A stretch of 64,000 nt of DNA from Chloroflexota bacterium (GCA_044506615.1 JBIQKJ010000010.1:68440-132439); one strand, 5' to 3'. Positions 26,657 to 36,164 are shown, counted from the stretch's first letter. The notes: generated by a model not told the origin, from the sequence alone. A program made the numbers and translations.

Positions 26657-27895
26657 TCAGACCGTTCGCCGAACGAGCAGCCGCTGGATCGGCTCGTCGA
26701 CGGCGCCCCACTCGTACTTGTACGGCTCGTCGCCGCGCAGGAAGTCGAGGCGACGGCAGCCCTGGGCGATCGCACGCTGGACGAAGCTCGCGGTGAGAAC
26801 GACGCCCGGCGACAGCTCGCGCGCGTCGGGATCGACGCCCGCGTTGTAGTACAGGAGACCGTCCGGCGCGTCGAGGTGGACCCCCGCGGCGATCCGCCTG
26901 CCGCCGACGGTCAGGAACGTCAGGTGGACGGGGCCCTCGTCGCCGGACAGCTCGAACAGCCGCCGGAAGAAGAGCCGGCTCTGCTCGCCGCCCCGGGTTG
27001 CCGGGAAGAGCCCGCGCTCCGCCCAGCGCTTCTGGTGGAGGTCGATGAAGGCCTCGAGGTCGGCGAGCGGATCGAGCGAGTCCTCCAGTTGGACCGCACC
27101 GGCCGCCTCCGCCCGCCGGACCTTGCGCCGGATCTCGTGGCGCTCCTTCTTGCCGAGGGTCGCGAGGTAGTCGTCGAACGTTCCGCCCAGCGGCAGGGTC
27201 ACGACCGGGCAGACGTCCTCGCGCTCGACGTTGAGCGTCCAGCCCTCGGACACCTCGCGCGACCCGAACGCCTCGGCGAGGGCCTCGGCGGCAGGATCCC
27301 CGCAGCGCAGCCGGCGGAGGTCGACGACATCCCACGCCTTCGGGTGCGCCTCGTCCGGCGGAGGCTCGGCCGCCAGGTGGTCGACGAGGGCGTCGGCGAC
27401 GTCCCGCAGGTCGTCGGGATCCGCGAGGACCGTCGCGTAGTCGGCGTGGTACGAGGCGCCGAAGAAGATCGCCTTCGCGGTCGGCTCGACCGGCGTCAGC
27501 TCGAGGTCCGCGCCCGAGCGCATCGTCGTGCGCGTCAGCGCGTCGGTCGACTCGACCTCGTGGCGATGCATGAGCGGAACGATCGCGACGGGGTCGGCGT
27601 CGGCCGGGGCCGCGGGGTCGATGACGACGACGGTCTGCTCGTGCGCGTTGTCGCCGTACGCGTCCCACCAGGCGCGGTGGATCGTCCAATCCGAGAAGGC
27701 CGTCGCCCACGGGTTGACCCGGGCGAGACGGTTCCAGGTCTCGCGGGAGATGGAATCGAAGGGTCGCCGCTCAGCGGCCAGTCGGCGGCGAGTGGGGGAC
27801 CATTCGGGGGCCGGCGCGGATCGGCCGGGACAGGCAGGCTCCGTGTCGGAATGCGAAGACGTCACAGCGCTTGGAGCATACCCCGGGGTGCCCAT
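26657..27895 (-). CDS. FemAB/CelD-like GNAT-fold acyl(aminoacyl)transferase
   Basis: WTIHRAWWDAYG, LTFLTVGGRRIAAGVHL, LYYNAGVDPD, RLDFLRGDEPYKYEWGA. This pattern fits the CelD/BioF2-like acetyltransferase family as I recall it. Confidence 0.65.
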   Translation of the reverse strand: MGTPGYAPSAVTSSHSDTEPACPGRSAPAPEWSPTRRRLAAERRPFDSISRETWNRLARVNPWATAFSDWTIHRAWWDAYGDNAHEQTVVVIDPAAPADADPVAIVPLMHRHEVESTDALTRTTMRSGADLELTPVEPTAKAIFFGASYHADYATVLADPDDLRDVADALVDHLAAEPPPDEAHPKAWDVVDLRRLRCGDPAAEALAEAFGSREVSEGWTLNVEREDVCPVVTLPLGGTFDDYLATLGKKERHEIRRKVRRAEAAGAVQLEDSLDPLADLEAFIDLHQKRWAERGLFPATRGGEQSRLFFRRLFELSGDEGPVHLTFLTVGGRRIAAGVHLDAPDGLLYYNAGVDPDARELSPGVVLTASFVQRAIAQGCRRLDFLRGDEPYKYEWGAVDEPIQRLLVRRTV

Positions 27896-27919
27896 TCAAG
27901 TGATTGGGAGGAATACGCT

Positions 27920-28936
27920 GTGGCCGTGGATTCTCCCCATGCCCGCACGGACTCCAGGTCGAGGGTGCGGGTCAAGCTCTGGCGCTCGCTTGGGATCGCG
28001 GCGACGGTGATCGGCCTGTGGTCATTCGCGTCGTGGGCCTTCCCGTTCGAGTCCTGGGTCGGGATCGATGGCGTCCGAATCCTGGATGCCGGGCGTGTCT
28101 GGGCATCAGGTGGCGACCCCTATACCGTGGACGGCTTCTTGTACACCCCGGCAATGGCTGTCCTGGGTTCGGTGCTGCCGCCCATGACGCCCCTCGTCGT
28201 TGGGGTCGCGGAAGTGGCCGTGGTGCTTCTCCTCTGTCCGCGCCACCCCCTAGCCTGGCTCGCCGTGTTCTCGACGCTCGCGGTGTGGAGTGACATCGGG
28301 CTTGGCAACGTGACGATCCTGATCGTCGGCACCATGGCCCTCGCCCTCCGATCGAATCGATGGCTGGCTGGTGTCCCGTTCGGACTCGCTCTGGCGCTCG
28401 TGCCGAAGCCGATGTTCATCCCGATCCTCCTCTGGATGGCCGCGCATCAGCGACGGTCGCTGGCAGGTGTCGTGCTTGCAGGAACGCTACTCACGCTGCC
28501 CATGCTCATGACGGGCCTCTATCCGGACTTTGTTCGCGCCTTGATCCGGGGTGTCGAACCGGACTTCTCGGGGAACCATGGGCTTTCTACCCTTGCGCCG
28601 ATCCTCGGTCCCGTGGCGTCGGCGATCAGCTTGGGGCTCCTCGCGCTCGTGATCCGAAAACGGGAGTCGGGACTGATGGCGGCTGGCATCGCGGGCGTGT
28701 TCATGGGCTCGTATGTTGGGTCGTACGCTCCCGTGCTGCCGATGGCCCTGCTCCAGCGATACGAGCGATTCGCGCCGGTGCCGGCGCTCGCGGTGGCGGT
28801 CGTTGGACTGCTGTCGACGTTGATGCTGCCCGTTGCTGGCGGACTGGCATTCGCCGTTGTCCTCTGGTCGGAGTTCCACCGCGCGGGCGTCGTGGACTCT
28901 CCTTCCTCCCTAGCGGAGGCGTCGTCAGCACAGTGA
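27920..28936 (+). CDS. DUF2029/GT87-like polytopic membrane protein
   Basis: GTG 27920, 6 nt after GGGAGGAA (27906-27913). GIDGVRILDAGRVWASGGDPY after TM1. The upstream part of ORF 26552..28936 is antisense to real genes. Confidence 0.6.
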   Translation: MAVDSPHARTDSRSRVRVKLWRSLGIAATVIGLWSFASWAFPFESWVGIDGVRILDAGRVWASGGDPYTVDGFLYTPAMAVLGSVLPPMTPLVVGVAEVAVVLLLCPRHPLAWLAVFSTLAVWSDIGLGNVTILIVGTMALALRSNRWLAGVPFGLALALVPKPMFIPILLWMAAHQRRSLAGVVLAGTLLTLPMLMTGLYPDFVRALIRGVEPDFSGNHGLSTLAPILGPVASAISLGLLALVIRKRESGLMAAGIAGVFMGSYVGSYAPVLPMALLQRYERFAPVPALAVAVVGLLSTLMLPVAGGLAFAVVLWSEFHRAGVVDSPSSLAEASSAQ

Positions 28937-28941
28937 TCCCG

Positions 28942-31218
28942 CTACTGGCCGAAGCCGAACAGCCTGCGTAACAGGAAGTACTCGGGGAGTGGCCGGTCGT
29001 CGGTGATCACGGGCCCCTCGCCGGCCCGCTCCCGGACCTCGTCGCCCTCGAGCGTCACGAGCGACGGGATCCGCCGCGCCCAGCCCTCGAGCGTCGACTC
29101 CGGGGAGTCGTAGGCCGAGGAGATGTCGGCGAGCACGCCGGGGCGCTCGAGGGCCCCGCGGATGTTGGCTTCGGTCAGCTCGATGGGCTCCTCCGAACCG
29201 AGCATGAAGTTGCCGTAGCCTCCCGGTCCCCGGGCGACGAGCACGTGCGGGAAGGCCTGCGCGAACGTCCGCAGGTGGCGCTCGAACTCGCCCTCGAGGG
29301 TCCCGTGCGGAGTCCACTGCATCATGATCCCGCCCGGCGCGAGGTGCTCCCGGCCCGCCTCGTAGTACTCGCGCGACGAGATGACCGACGCGCCCGAGCT
29401 TTCGATGGGTGGCGGCGGGTCGGTGACGATGATGTCGTAGGCCTCGTCGCTGAGCTCGAGGTGGTTCCGCCCGTCGGCGACGATGATTCGGCCGTTCGGA
29501 TGGTTCCGGAAGACCTCGGCGTCCGGGTAGTAGTGGCCGAACATCTCGACGACCGAGGGCACGAGCTCGACGGCCTCGGTTCGGAGGCCAGCGATGAGCG
29601 CCGCTCGATAGCTCGAGCCCATGCCGAAGGCGACGATCAAGGCGTGCTCGGCGTCCGGATTCGCCATCAGCGGCAGGATCGGCATGAGCTTCGCATCGAT
29701 CGTGAGCAGCGTCATCGACGTCCCCGCGACCCACAGCTCCGGCGTCGAGCGGATCTGACCCGCCTGGACGGATGCAATCTCGTCCTCGCGTGACTCGAAG
29801 AGCCGGCCGCCCTCGGCCTGGCGGATCCATGTCTCGTTCGGTTGGGCGAGTGTTCCGGGGACGAGCGAAACGACGACGATGGCAAGCCCCACGGCCATGC
29901 CGGCGGCGGCGGTGAGGGCTCGACGCCCGCCGTTGGCGCGCTCCGCCGGCGAGGGCAGGAGCGCGAGGGCGACACCGACCGACGCGTTGACGAGCGTGAG
30001 CAGCGCGACCACGACCGGCGAGCCGAGCGCCGGGATGAGGAAGAACGGGATGACGAGGCTTCCCGTGATCGAGCCCGCGGTGTTGACGCCGAGCAGGGCG
30101 CCGGACGACGTGCCGGCGCGCTCGGGCCCGTCGGGGAGGAGCGCGCTCGCCGCGGGAAAGGCGAGCCCGAGCACCAGCGTGACGGGCAGCACGACGATGA
30201 CGACCGACGCAATGAGCGCGCCGATGGTCTCGAGTGGCCGGCTCGGCGTGAACGTTTGTGGCGAGCCGATGAGCCAGACGAGGCCGACGAACGCGAGCAG
30301 GGCCACGGCGATCTGCGCGACCGACAGCACCCGGACCGGATCGCTGATTCGCGGTCGGACGAGGTTGAAGACGACCGCGCCGAGCGCGATGCCGGTCAGG
30401 AACACGCCGAGGATCAGCGTGAAGACGTAGGTGGTGTTGCCCGTGCCGGACGCGAGCAGGCGCGTCCACAGCACCTGGTAGCCGAGGGACGTCAGCCCGG
30501 ACAGGAACGCGACCACCAGCGCGAGGCGGGGGCGCGCGACCCCGCGTCGGACGGCCGGTCTCGCCTGTGCCTCCACGGGCCGGCGCGCGACGTCGCTCCG
30601 ACGCTCCCGGCGCAGGGACAGGAGCACGGCAATGACCCCGGCAATCCCGGAGCAGGCAGCCCCGACCGCGAGCCCACCGCTCAGCCCGAGGATCTCGATG
30701 AGGATGAGCCCCGCGGCGAGCGTGCCGGCGATCGCACCGATCGTGTTGGCTGCGTACAGCCGCCCGAACGCCTGGCTCAGGTGCGCGTCACCCGTGAGAT
30801 CCCGGGTGAGGATCGGCAACGTCGCCCCCATGAGCACGGTCGCCGGCCCGAGTGCGAGCAGCGAGAGCCCGAGCCGAATCAGGGCGAGCGCCTGCGGCGC
30901 GGTCTCGAGCGAGGCGTAGATCCCGCGGTACGCCTCGTGGATGAGCCCGAAGGTCAGCGGCGTCGCGAGAACGATGCCGACCAGGACGATCTCGATGAGG
31001 CCGTACAGGCGCAGCGGTGACGAGACCCGGTCGGCGATCCGACCGCCGATCACGCTGCCGATCGCCATCCCGCCGAAGAAGCCGGTCAGGATGGCCGAGA
31101 CGGCCTGCGTCGTGTTCCCGAAGACGAGCACGAGCTGGCGCGCCCAGACGATCTCGTAGATGAGTCCGGCCGCCCCGGACAGGATGAAGATCCCGAGGAT
31201 CGGCCAGCGTGCGCGCAC
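28942..31218 (-). CDS. Polytopic membrane protein fused to spermidine-synthase-like domain (paralog of 2360..4600)
   Basis: ILGIFILSGAAGLIYEIVWARQL and about 14 TM helices. C-terminal ALIVAFGMGSSYRAAL, DIIVTDPPPP, LAPGGIMMQW. Confidence 0.8.
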   Translation of the reverse strand: MRARWPILGIFILSGAAGLIYEIVWARQLVLVFGNTTQAVSAILTGFFGGMAIGSVIGGRIADRVSSPLRLYGLIEIVLVGIVLATPLTFGLIHEAYRGIYASLETAPQALALIRLGLSLLALGPATVLMGATLPILTRDLTGDAHLSQAFGRLYAANTIGAIAGTLAAGLILIEILGLSGGLAVGAACSGIAGVIAVLLSLRRERRSDVARRPVEAQARPAVRRGVARPRLALVVAFLSGLTSLGYQVLWTRLLASGTGNTTYVFTLILGVFLTGIALGAVVFNLVRPRISDPVRVLSVAQIAVALLAFVGLVWLIGSPQTFTPSRPLETIGALIASVVIVVLPVTLVLGLAFPAASALLPDGPERAGTSSGALLGVNTAGSITGSLVIPFFLIPALGSPVVVALLTLVNASVGVALALLPSPAERANGGRRALTAAAGMAVGLAIVVVSLVPGTLAQPNETWIRQAEGGRLFESREDEIASVQAGQIRSTPELWVAGTSMTLLTIDAKLMPILPLMANPDAEHALIVAFGMGSSYRAALIAGLRTEAVELVPSVVEMFGHYYPDAEVFRNHPNGRIIVADGRNHLELSDEAYDIIVTDPPPPIESSGASVISSREYYEAGREHLAPGGIMMQWTPHGTLEGEFERHLRTFAQAFPHVLVARGPGGYGNFMLGSEEPIELTEANIRGALERPGVLADISSAYDSPESTLEGWARRIPSLVTLEGDEVRERAGEGPVITDDRPLPEYFLLRRLFGFGQ

Positions 31219-31275
31219 CGGCGGAGCGTGTCACTCGCCGGATTGCAGCGACGTTACAAACCGCTTCGACGGACG

Positions 31276-32154
31276 CTAGCGGGCGTATCCGGATGCGGTG
31301 GCACGGTGGGTGTTTCGGACGAGCGGCACGATTGCAACGAGCGTGCTCAGCGCGGTCATCCAGAGGGTCGGAAGCGCAGTGACGATCGCGACGACGAGCA
31401 GCGGCTCGCCGTAGCGGTCCGGAAGTCGGGCCGCAACCACGGCGAGGGCGACCGCGACGGCTGCACGGATCGCGTACGGGATCGGCAGGAAGCTCGAGAC
31501 GTCTCCAGGGCCGCGGGCAAGCAGGATGTCGACGAACTGTCCCCAGGCGCTCGGCGACAGGACGACGCTGACCGCCAGCAGGGCGGAACCCACGACGATG
31601 GCCGTCACGCCGGCCCGCCAGCGCCCGCTGGCGAGCAGGTACACGATGCCGACGCCCGGGCCGATCTTGATGGCTGCCGCGGCGGCGAAGAGCGCCGGCG
31701 CTCGTCGGACGGCCAGCACGATCAGGACGGCCAGGATGAGGTGGACGTTCCGGAACCAGAACTCGACCGCGACTGGTGGGAACGCGACGAGTGCGAGCGC
31801 GACGAGGACGTTGCGTCCGGCAAGCCACCAGAGGCAGCCGAGCATGAGGACGGTCCACGCCGCGGTGAAGGCCAGCTCCGGCAGGATCACAGCGAACGGG
31901 ACGAGTGCCTGCGCCACGATCGGCGGATACCAGAACGCGTACGGCGTGACAGGTGTCGCCGTCGGGTCGTACAGCGGCAGCCCTTCGACCAGCCGCCGCG
32001 CGGCGAGCCAGTAGGCATGCTCGTCGCTCGGGACCGACCATCGCGTGACGGCGACGATGACCAGGAGCGTCGCCCCGAGCGCTGCGAGCATGACGAGCCC
32101 GAGCGGGGGCAACGTCCGCCCACCCACGGCCACCGGTCGCATGAGCGCGGTCAT
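31276..32154 (-). CDS. DUF2029/GT87-like polytopic membrane protein
   Basis: ATG 32154 overlaps the upstream stop (ATGA). SDEHAYWLAARRLVEGLPLY after TM1. Confidence 0.6.
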   Translation of the reverse strand: MTALMRPVAVGGRTLPPLGLVMLAALGATLLVIVAVTRWSVPSDEHAYWLAARRLVEGLPLYDPTATPVTPYAFWYPPIVAQALVPFAVILPELAFTAAWTVLMLGCLWWLAGRNVLVALALVAFPPVAVEFWFRNVHLILAVLIVLAVRRAPALFAAAAAIKIGPGVGIVYLLASGRWRAGVTAIVVGSALLAVSVVLSPSAWGQFVDILLARGPGDVSSFLPIPYAIRAAVAVALAVVAARLPDRYGEPLLVVAIVTALPTLWMTALSTLVAIVPLVRNTHRATASGYAR

Positions 32155-33350
32155 ATCCGGTACGCCCAGTACGGCGCGAACGCCATCACGACGAGCCCGA
32201 CCGCAATCACCGCGCGCCAGGGCCACGACACGCCGCCTCGGTACACCGCCGCCATCCCGCAGATCGCCCAGAGGAACGGGATCGAGTCGAGGAAGTAGCG
32301 GTAGCCGTACTGGAGCCAGCCACCGCCGTAGTAGAGGAGCGTCGGGATCAGGACCGCGACTGCGGCACCCAGCAGCAGCCACGCCGTCCGATCACGCCAG
32401 TCGGCGCGGACCGCGTAGAGGAGGCCGGGCGTCGTGAGGAACACCGACATGCCGAGCCCGTCGGGCATGAAGAACGGGAACTCGTCGATGAGCCGCGGCA
32501 GGTGGAAGAAGAGGTAGTCGACGTTCATCGGCACGTGGGCGATCGAGAAGAGCCCGAGCTCGCGCTGCTCGGCCAGCCACCCGGGCAGACGCGCCAGCGC
32601 GTACCCGGATTCCAGCGGCGTGCCGAACCGGAGCTCGTTATAGAGGAAGAAGAAGACGATCGACGGCAGGACACCGAGGCCGAGCGCGACCCACCGTCGC
32701 CATTGCTCTCCGGGGAGGCGCCAGGTGATCGCGCCGTCCCACAGGAGCAACGCGTAGAACGGGACCGCGAACGCGAGCGGCGCCCGCGTCAGGAACGCCG
32801 CCCCTGCGAGCAGGCCGATCAGCCAGGCCCGGCGCCGGCCCCACAGCTCGATGAGACAGCCGAGGGTCAGCAGCGTCGCGATGAGATGCCCGGTGTGCCA
32901 GACGCCACCGCGGGTGGTGATCCACAGGATCTGCGTCGAGAAGCCGAGCAGCGCCACGAGCCAGATTCGGTCCCACAGCCGTTCGACGCCGATCCGGCCG
33001 AGCAGCCACCAGCCCATCCCGACGCTCGCCGCCGCGAGCAGCGCGTTGATCCCCGACTCCCAGATGTCGGCGCTCTCTGCCCCGATGAGTGCCACGAGCG
33101 GCATGAACGCGATCGCCGGGAACGGCGCAAAGGGGACGTAGAACCGGCCGTCGATTGCGATGACGTCGTTCGCGTTGGGACCGCCGGGCGGGAACTCGAG
33201 CCAGGTTCGGCCTTGGAGGAACGCCTCCGCCAGGTAGAAGAAGTCGCCGCGGCCGGCCTCGAAGCCGCGGTTGGCGATCCAGTAGATGACCGCCGAGACC
33301 GCCACCACGGCGAGCCCGATGAGGGTCGTCCGCTCCCGCAGCTGCGTCAC
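32151..33350 (-). CDS. ArnT/PMT_2-like GT-C membrane glycosyltransferase
   Basis: GTG 33350 overlaps the upstream stop. RGDFFYLAEAFLQGRTW loop and about 11 TM helices. Confidence 0.6.
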   Translation of the reverse strand: MTQLRERTTLIGLAVVAVSAVIYWIANRGFEAGRGDFFYLAEAFLQGRTWLEFPPGGPNANDVIAIDGRFYVPFAPFPAIAFMPLVALIGAESADIWESGINALLAAASVGMGWWLLGRIGVERLWDRIWLVALLGFSTQILWITTRGGVWHTGHLIATLLTLGCLIELWGRRRAWLIGLLAGAAFLTRAPLAFAVPFYALLLWDGAITWRLPGEQWRRWVALGLGVLPSIVFFFLYNELRFGTPLESGYALARLPGWLAEQRELGLFSIAHVPMNVDYLFFHLPRLIDEFPFFMPDGLGMSVFLTTPGLLYAVRADWRDRTAWLLLGAAVAVLIPTLLYYGGGWLQYGYRYFLDSIPFLWAICGMAAVYRGGVSWPWRAVIAVGLVVMAFAPYWAYRI

Positions 33351-34417
33351 GGTCTCGCCGGCACAGCGGGGGCCTCGACCGTCGGGCCGATCTCCCGTCG
33401 GGCAACCGCTGGCAAGAGCAGCACGAGCAGGACGACGAGCGCCGCGACAGGAAGGACGTCGCCGGGCAACCAGCCCGCGAGCGGCAAGGCGACAGCGACG
33501 GGGGTGAGGCGATCCACGAGGAACGCCGCAGGGATGAGCAGGATCACGAGGTAGTGCGGGTGGAGGAACGGGGCGGTCAGCAGGGTTGCCGTTGCCGTCA
33601 CGACGAATGCCGTGTCCCGATCCCTTCGTGCGGCGGCGTACGCGATCGCGGAAGCGCCGAGCACCACGCCGAGCACGAGCCCGGCGGTCGCAATCTCAGG
33701 GCCGAAGCCCGCACCGAGCGCGATCGACTTCAAGCTGAAGTTGTGCTCTCCGGCGCTGACATCCGGAAGTCCCGTGAGGAGCGCCAGGTACTCGCGGTAC
33801 GCATCGAGACCGACGATAGGGACGGACAGCAGGAGGATGACGATGCCGGCGAGGACGGTCCGCGCCACCATCGTCCATCGCCGTTGGAAGAGCCATTGAA
33901 CGCCGAAGACGAGAAATGGGATTCGCAGCATCGCGAGCGCGGCATGGACGATTCCGGCGACCCACCCATCGCCGAGTCGCCAGGCGACGGCAGTCAGCGC
34001 GAACAGCACCACACTGATGTTGCCCAGGTTCAGATCGAAGAGCACCGGAAACGACACGCAGGCGACGGCAAACGTCCCGAGTCGTGCGGCACGGGACACC
34101 GGCATGGCTGCACATCCCACGATGAGAAGCGCCAGCCGAAGGGCGAACCAGACGAACGCTGCCGACTCCGGGGGCAGCAGCGCCAGCGGCACAAAGCTGA
34201 TCGCCACAGGCGGTGGATACAGGTAGAGGCCCTCATACGCGCCCGAGCGATAGGCGCCAGCCGTTCCCGGAAGGTACAGAGGCTCGCCGTTGAGCAGCCG
34301 ACGCGCCGCTTCGTCATACGCGCGGAAGTCGTATGCCCAACCCTCACTGCCCTGGAAGATCGCCGCCGCGAGGATCAACACGGCCAAGCCTGTCGCAGCC
34401 GCTACCGGCAGAAGCAT
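33347..34417 (-). CDS. DUF2029/GT87-like polytopic membrane protein
   Basis: ATG 34417 (TTG 34450 possible). GWAYDFRAYDEAARRLLNGEPLY after TM1. Confidence 0.65.
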   Translation of the reverse strand: MLLPVAAATGLAVLILAAAIFQGSEGWAYDFRAYDEAARRLLNGEPLYLPGTAGAYRSGAYEGLYLYPPPVAISFVPLALLPPESAAFVWFALRLALLIVGCAAMPVSRAARLGTFAVACVSFPVLFDLNLGNISVVLFALTAVAWRLGDGWVAGIVHAALAMLRIPFLVFGVQWLFQRRWTMVARTVLAGIVILLLSVPIVGLDAYREYLALLTGLPDVSAGEHNFSLKSIALGAGFGPEIATAGLVLGVVLGASAIAYAAARRDRDTAFVVTATATLLTAPFLHPHYLVILLIPAAFLVDRLTPVAVALPLAGWLPGDVLPVAALVVLLVLLLPAVARREIGPTVEAPAVPARP

Positions 34418-34461
34418 CGGACGGAGCGAGGTCCCGGCGGTGCTGGTCAATCTCCGCTCCG

Positions 34462-35253
34462 TCAGCCGTCGCCCCCCGCAGCCGGCGCAGCACGACGCAC
34501 CGGTCGATGGATGAATGGGATTCGCAGGAGATCCCAGGCGACCTGGAGCGCGAGGCGCGGCCGCGCACGCATGCGGGACCCGCGCTTGTCTGCCCACTTG
34601 ATCGGCACCACGGAGATCCGGTACCCGCGTCGACGGGCGAGGTAGATCAGCTCTACGTCGAAGACGATGCTGGTGATTCGCTGCCGCGCGAAGAGGTCCT
34701 GCGCGGCCGCGTGCGTGAACCCCTTGAAGCCGCACTGGGTGTCCTTGACCGGTCCGACGACCCAGACCGACGCGAAGAGGTGGAACGCCCACCCGAGGAC
34801 CCGCCGGAAGATCGGCTGGCTCGCGCGCATGTCGGAGCCGTCCGGCTGGATGCGCGACCCGAGCGCCACATCGTGCGTCTCGAGCGCCGCCACCAAGAGG
34901 GGGAGCTGATCGGGCGGGGTCGCCATGTCGGCGTCGGCGAAGACCACCACGTCGCCGAGGGCAGCGAGCATGCCGGCGCGGACGGCCGCACCCTTGCCCC
35001 CGTGCGGCACCTCGAGGACGTCGAGCGTGACACCCGGGACCTGAGCCACGCCGTGCTCCGGGCGGGCGCGCACCAAGTTGGCCGTGCCATCGGTGCTGCC
35101 GTCGTCGACGACGAGGACTTCGACCGCTGCCGGGACGCTCCCGGAAGGAACCACCTCGCGGAGCCAGGTGAACAGCTCATCGAGGGCAGGGCCGAGCCGC
35201 TCCAGCTCGTTGTAGGCGGGCAGGACGATCGAAAGGCGCTGGACGGGAGGCAT
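34462..35253 (-). CDS. GT2, dolichyl/polyprenyl-phosphate beta-glucosyl(mannosyl)transferase-like
   Basis: LSIVLPAYNE, VLVVDDGSTDGT, HGGKGAAVRAG, FADADMATPP, TQCGFKGF. Confidence 0.85.
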   Translation of the reverse strand: MPPVQRLSIVLPAYNELERLGPALDELFTWLREVVPSGSVPAAVEVLVVDDGSTDGTANLVRARPEHGVAQVPGVTLDVLEVPHGGKGAAVRAGMLAALGDVVVFADADMATPPDQLPLLVAALETHDVALGSRIQPDGSDMRASQPIFRRVLGWAFHLFASVWVVGPVKDTQCGFKGFTHAAAQDLFARQRITSIVFDVELIYLARRRGYRISVVPIKWADKRGSRMRARPRLALQVAWDLLRIPFIHRPVRRAAPAAGGDG

Positions 35254-35314
35254 GTCGCGGGCAGTCTAGCGCCCTGGTGACGGGCGTCACCGCCCGCGTC
35301 TGGTCCCGCGCGAC

Positions 35315-35369
35315 TAGCCGATTCGTACTGGTCTCACATCGTCGGTCCGGTGCTACCCTGCACCGCGGG
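35315..35369 (+). promoter_or_regulatory. 55-bp upstream module copy A (TAGCCnATTCGTAC ... CCGGTGCTACCCTGCACCG) with -10-like TACCCT 35354-35359
   Basis: Aligns by eye at roughly three quarters identity with 36110..36164. Lies in the divergent GT2/methyltransferase intergenic region. Confidence 0.35.
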
Positions 35370-35382
35370 CTTCACACAACCG

Positions 35383-36084
35383 ATGCCCGCCCTGGAGGAT
35401 TCCGTGCACAACCATCACCACGCGACGAGCGAGCATGCCGCCGCCGGAATCGACCTCGAAGTCGGGTCCACCGCGTGGTCGGAATGGGTCAAGGACTACT
35501 ACCGCGACATCGAGACGTATGACTGGGTCGATGTCGCCGACAACCTTCGTGGGCTCGAAGCGTTCTTCCACCGCAATCGTGCTCGGGTGGTCCGCGGCCT
35601 CGTGTCGAAGTTCGCCCCCGCAGGTGCGGCCATCCTCGACGCCGGCTGTGGAACCGGGCTGAACCTGCGCAACTTGCCCCCGACGGCCGTCGGCATCGAC
35701 ATCAACCCGCGGAACCTCGAACTGATCCGGAGCCGCCTGCCCCACCACGTCGTTGAAGGGGACATCGAGGCGATGCCGTTTCCGGACGGCTCCTTCGACA
35801 CGATCCTCTGCACCGAGGTGCTGGAGCACGTACCGGCCCCCGAGACGGCGCTGCGCGAGTTCAATCGGGTGCTTCGGCCCGGCGGGGTGCTCATCGGGTC
35901 GGTACCGGCTCGATCACTGATCTGGAAGCTGCGGTTCCTCTCGAGCACGTGCCCGCACAGTGAGCCCTTCCACAACGAGTACCTGCCCCATGAGGTCCGG
36001 GCGATGCTCGCGGGCTGGACCGTCGAACAGATCCGGTACTCGCTGCTCCACTTCAACGTGATGTTCGTCGCCCGCAAGCGGTAG
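35383..36084 (+). CDS. Class I SAM-dependent methyltransferase
   Basis: ILDAGCGTGLNL, VEGDIEAMPFPDGSFDTILCTEVLEHV, LRPGGVLI. Start is ATG 35383 or GTG 35350. Confidence 0.75.
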   Translation: MPALEDSVHNHHHATSEHAAAGIDLEVGSTAWSEWVKDYYRDIETYDWVDVADNLRGLEAFFHRNRARVVRGLVSKFAPAGAAILDAGCGTGLNLRNLPPTAVGIDINPRNLELIRSRLPHHVVEGDIEAMPFPDGSFDTILCTEVLEHVPAPETALREFNRVLRPGGVLIGSVPARSLIWKLRFLSSTCPHSEPFHNEYLPHEVRAMLAGWTVEQIRYSLLHFNVMFVARKR

Positions 36085-36109
36085 ACCGTCGCCGCGAGTA
36101 CCCCTCGCG

Positions 36110-36164
36110 TAGCCCATTCGTACCGTTCGGTGCCGCCGGGGGCCGGTGCTACGCTGCACCGGCC
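36110..36164 (+). promoter_or_regulatory. 55-bp upstream module copy B with -10-like TACGCT 36150-36155, 9 nt before GTG 36165
   Basis: Duplicate of 35315..35369. No SD precedes GTG 36165. Confidence 0.35.

Noticed and set aside
26552-27919. N-terminal 455 aa of ORF 26552..28936
   Set aside because: This part is antisense to the FemAB/CelD-like gene and is Arg/Gly/Asp-rich. The hydrophobic DUF2029-like protein begins only at GTG 27920, which has a good SD.
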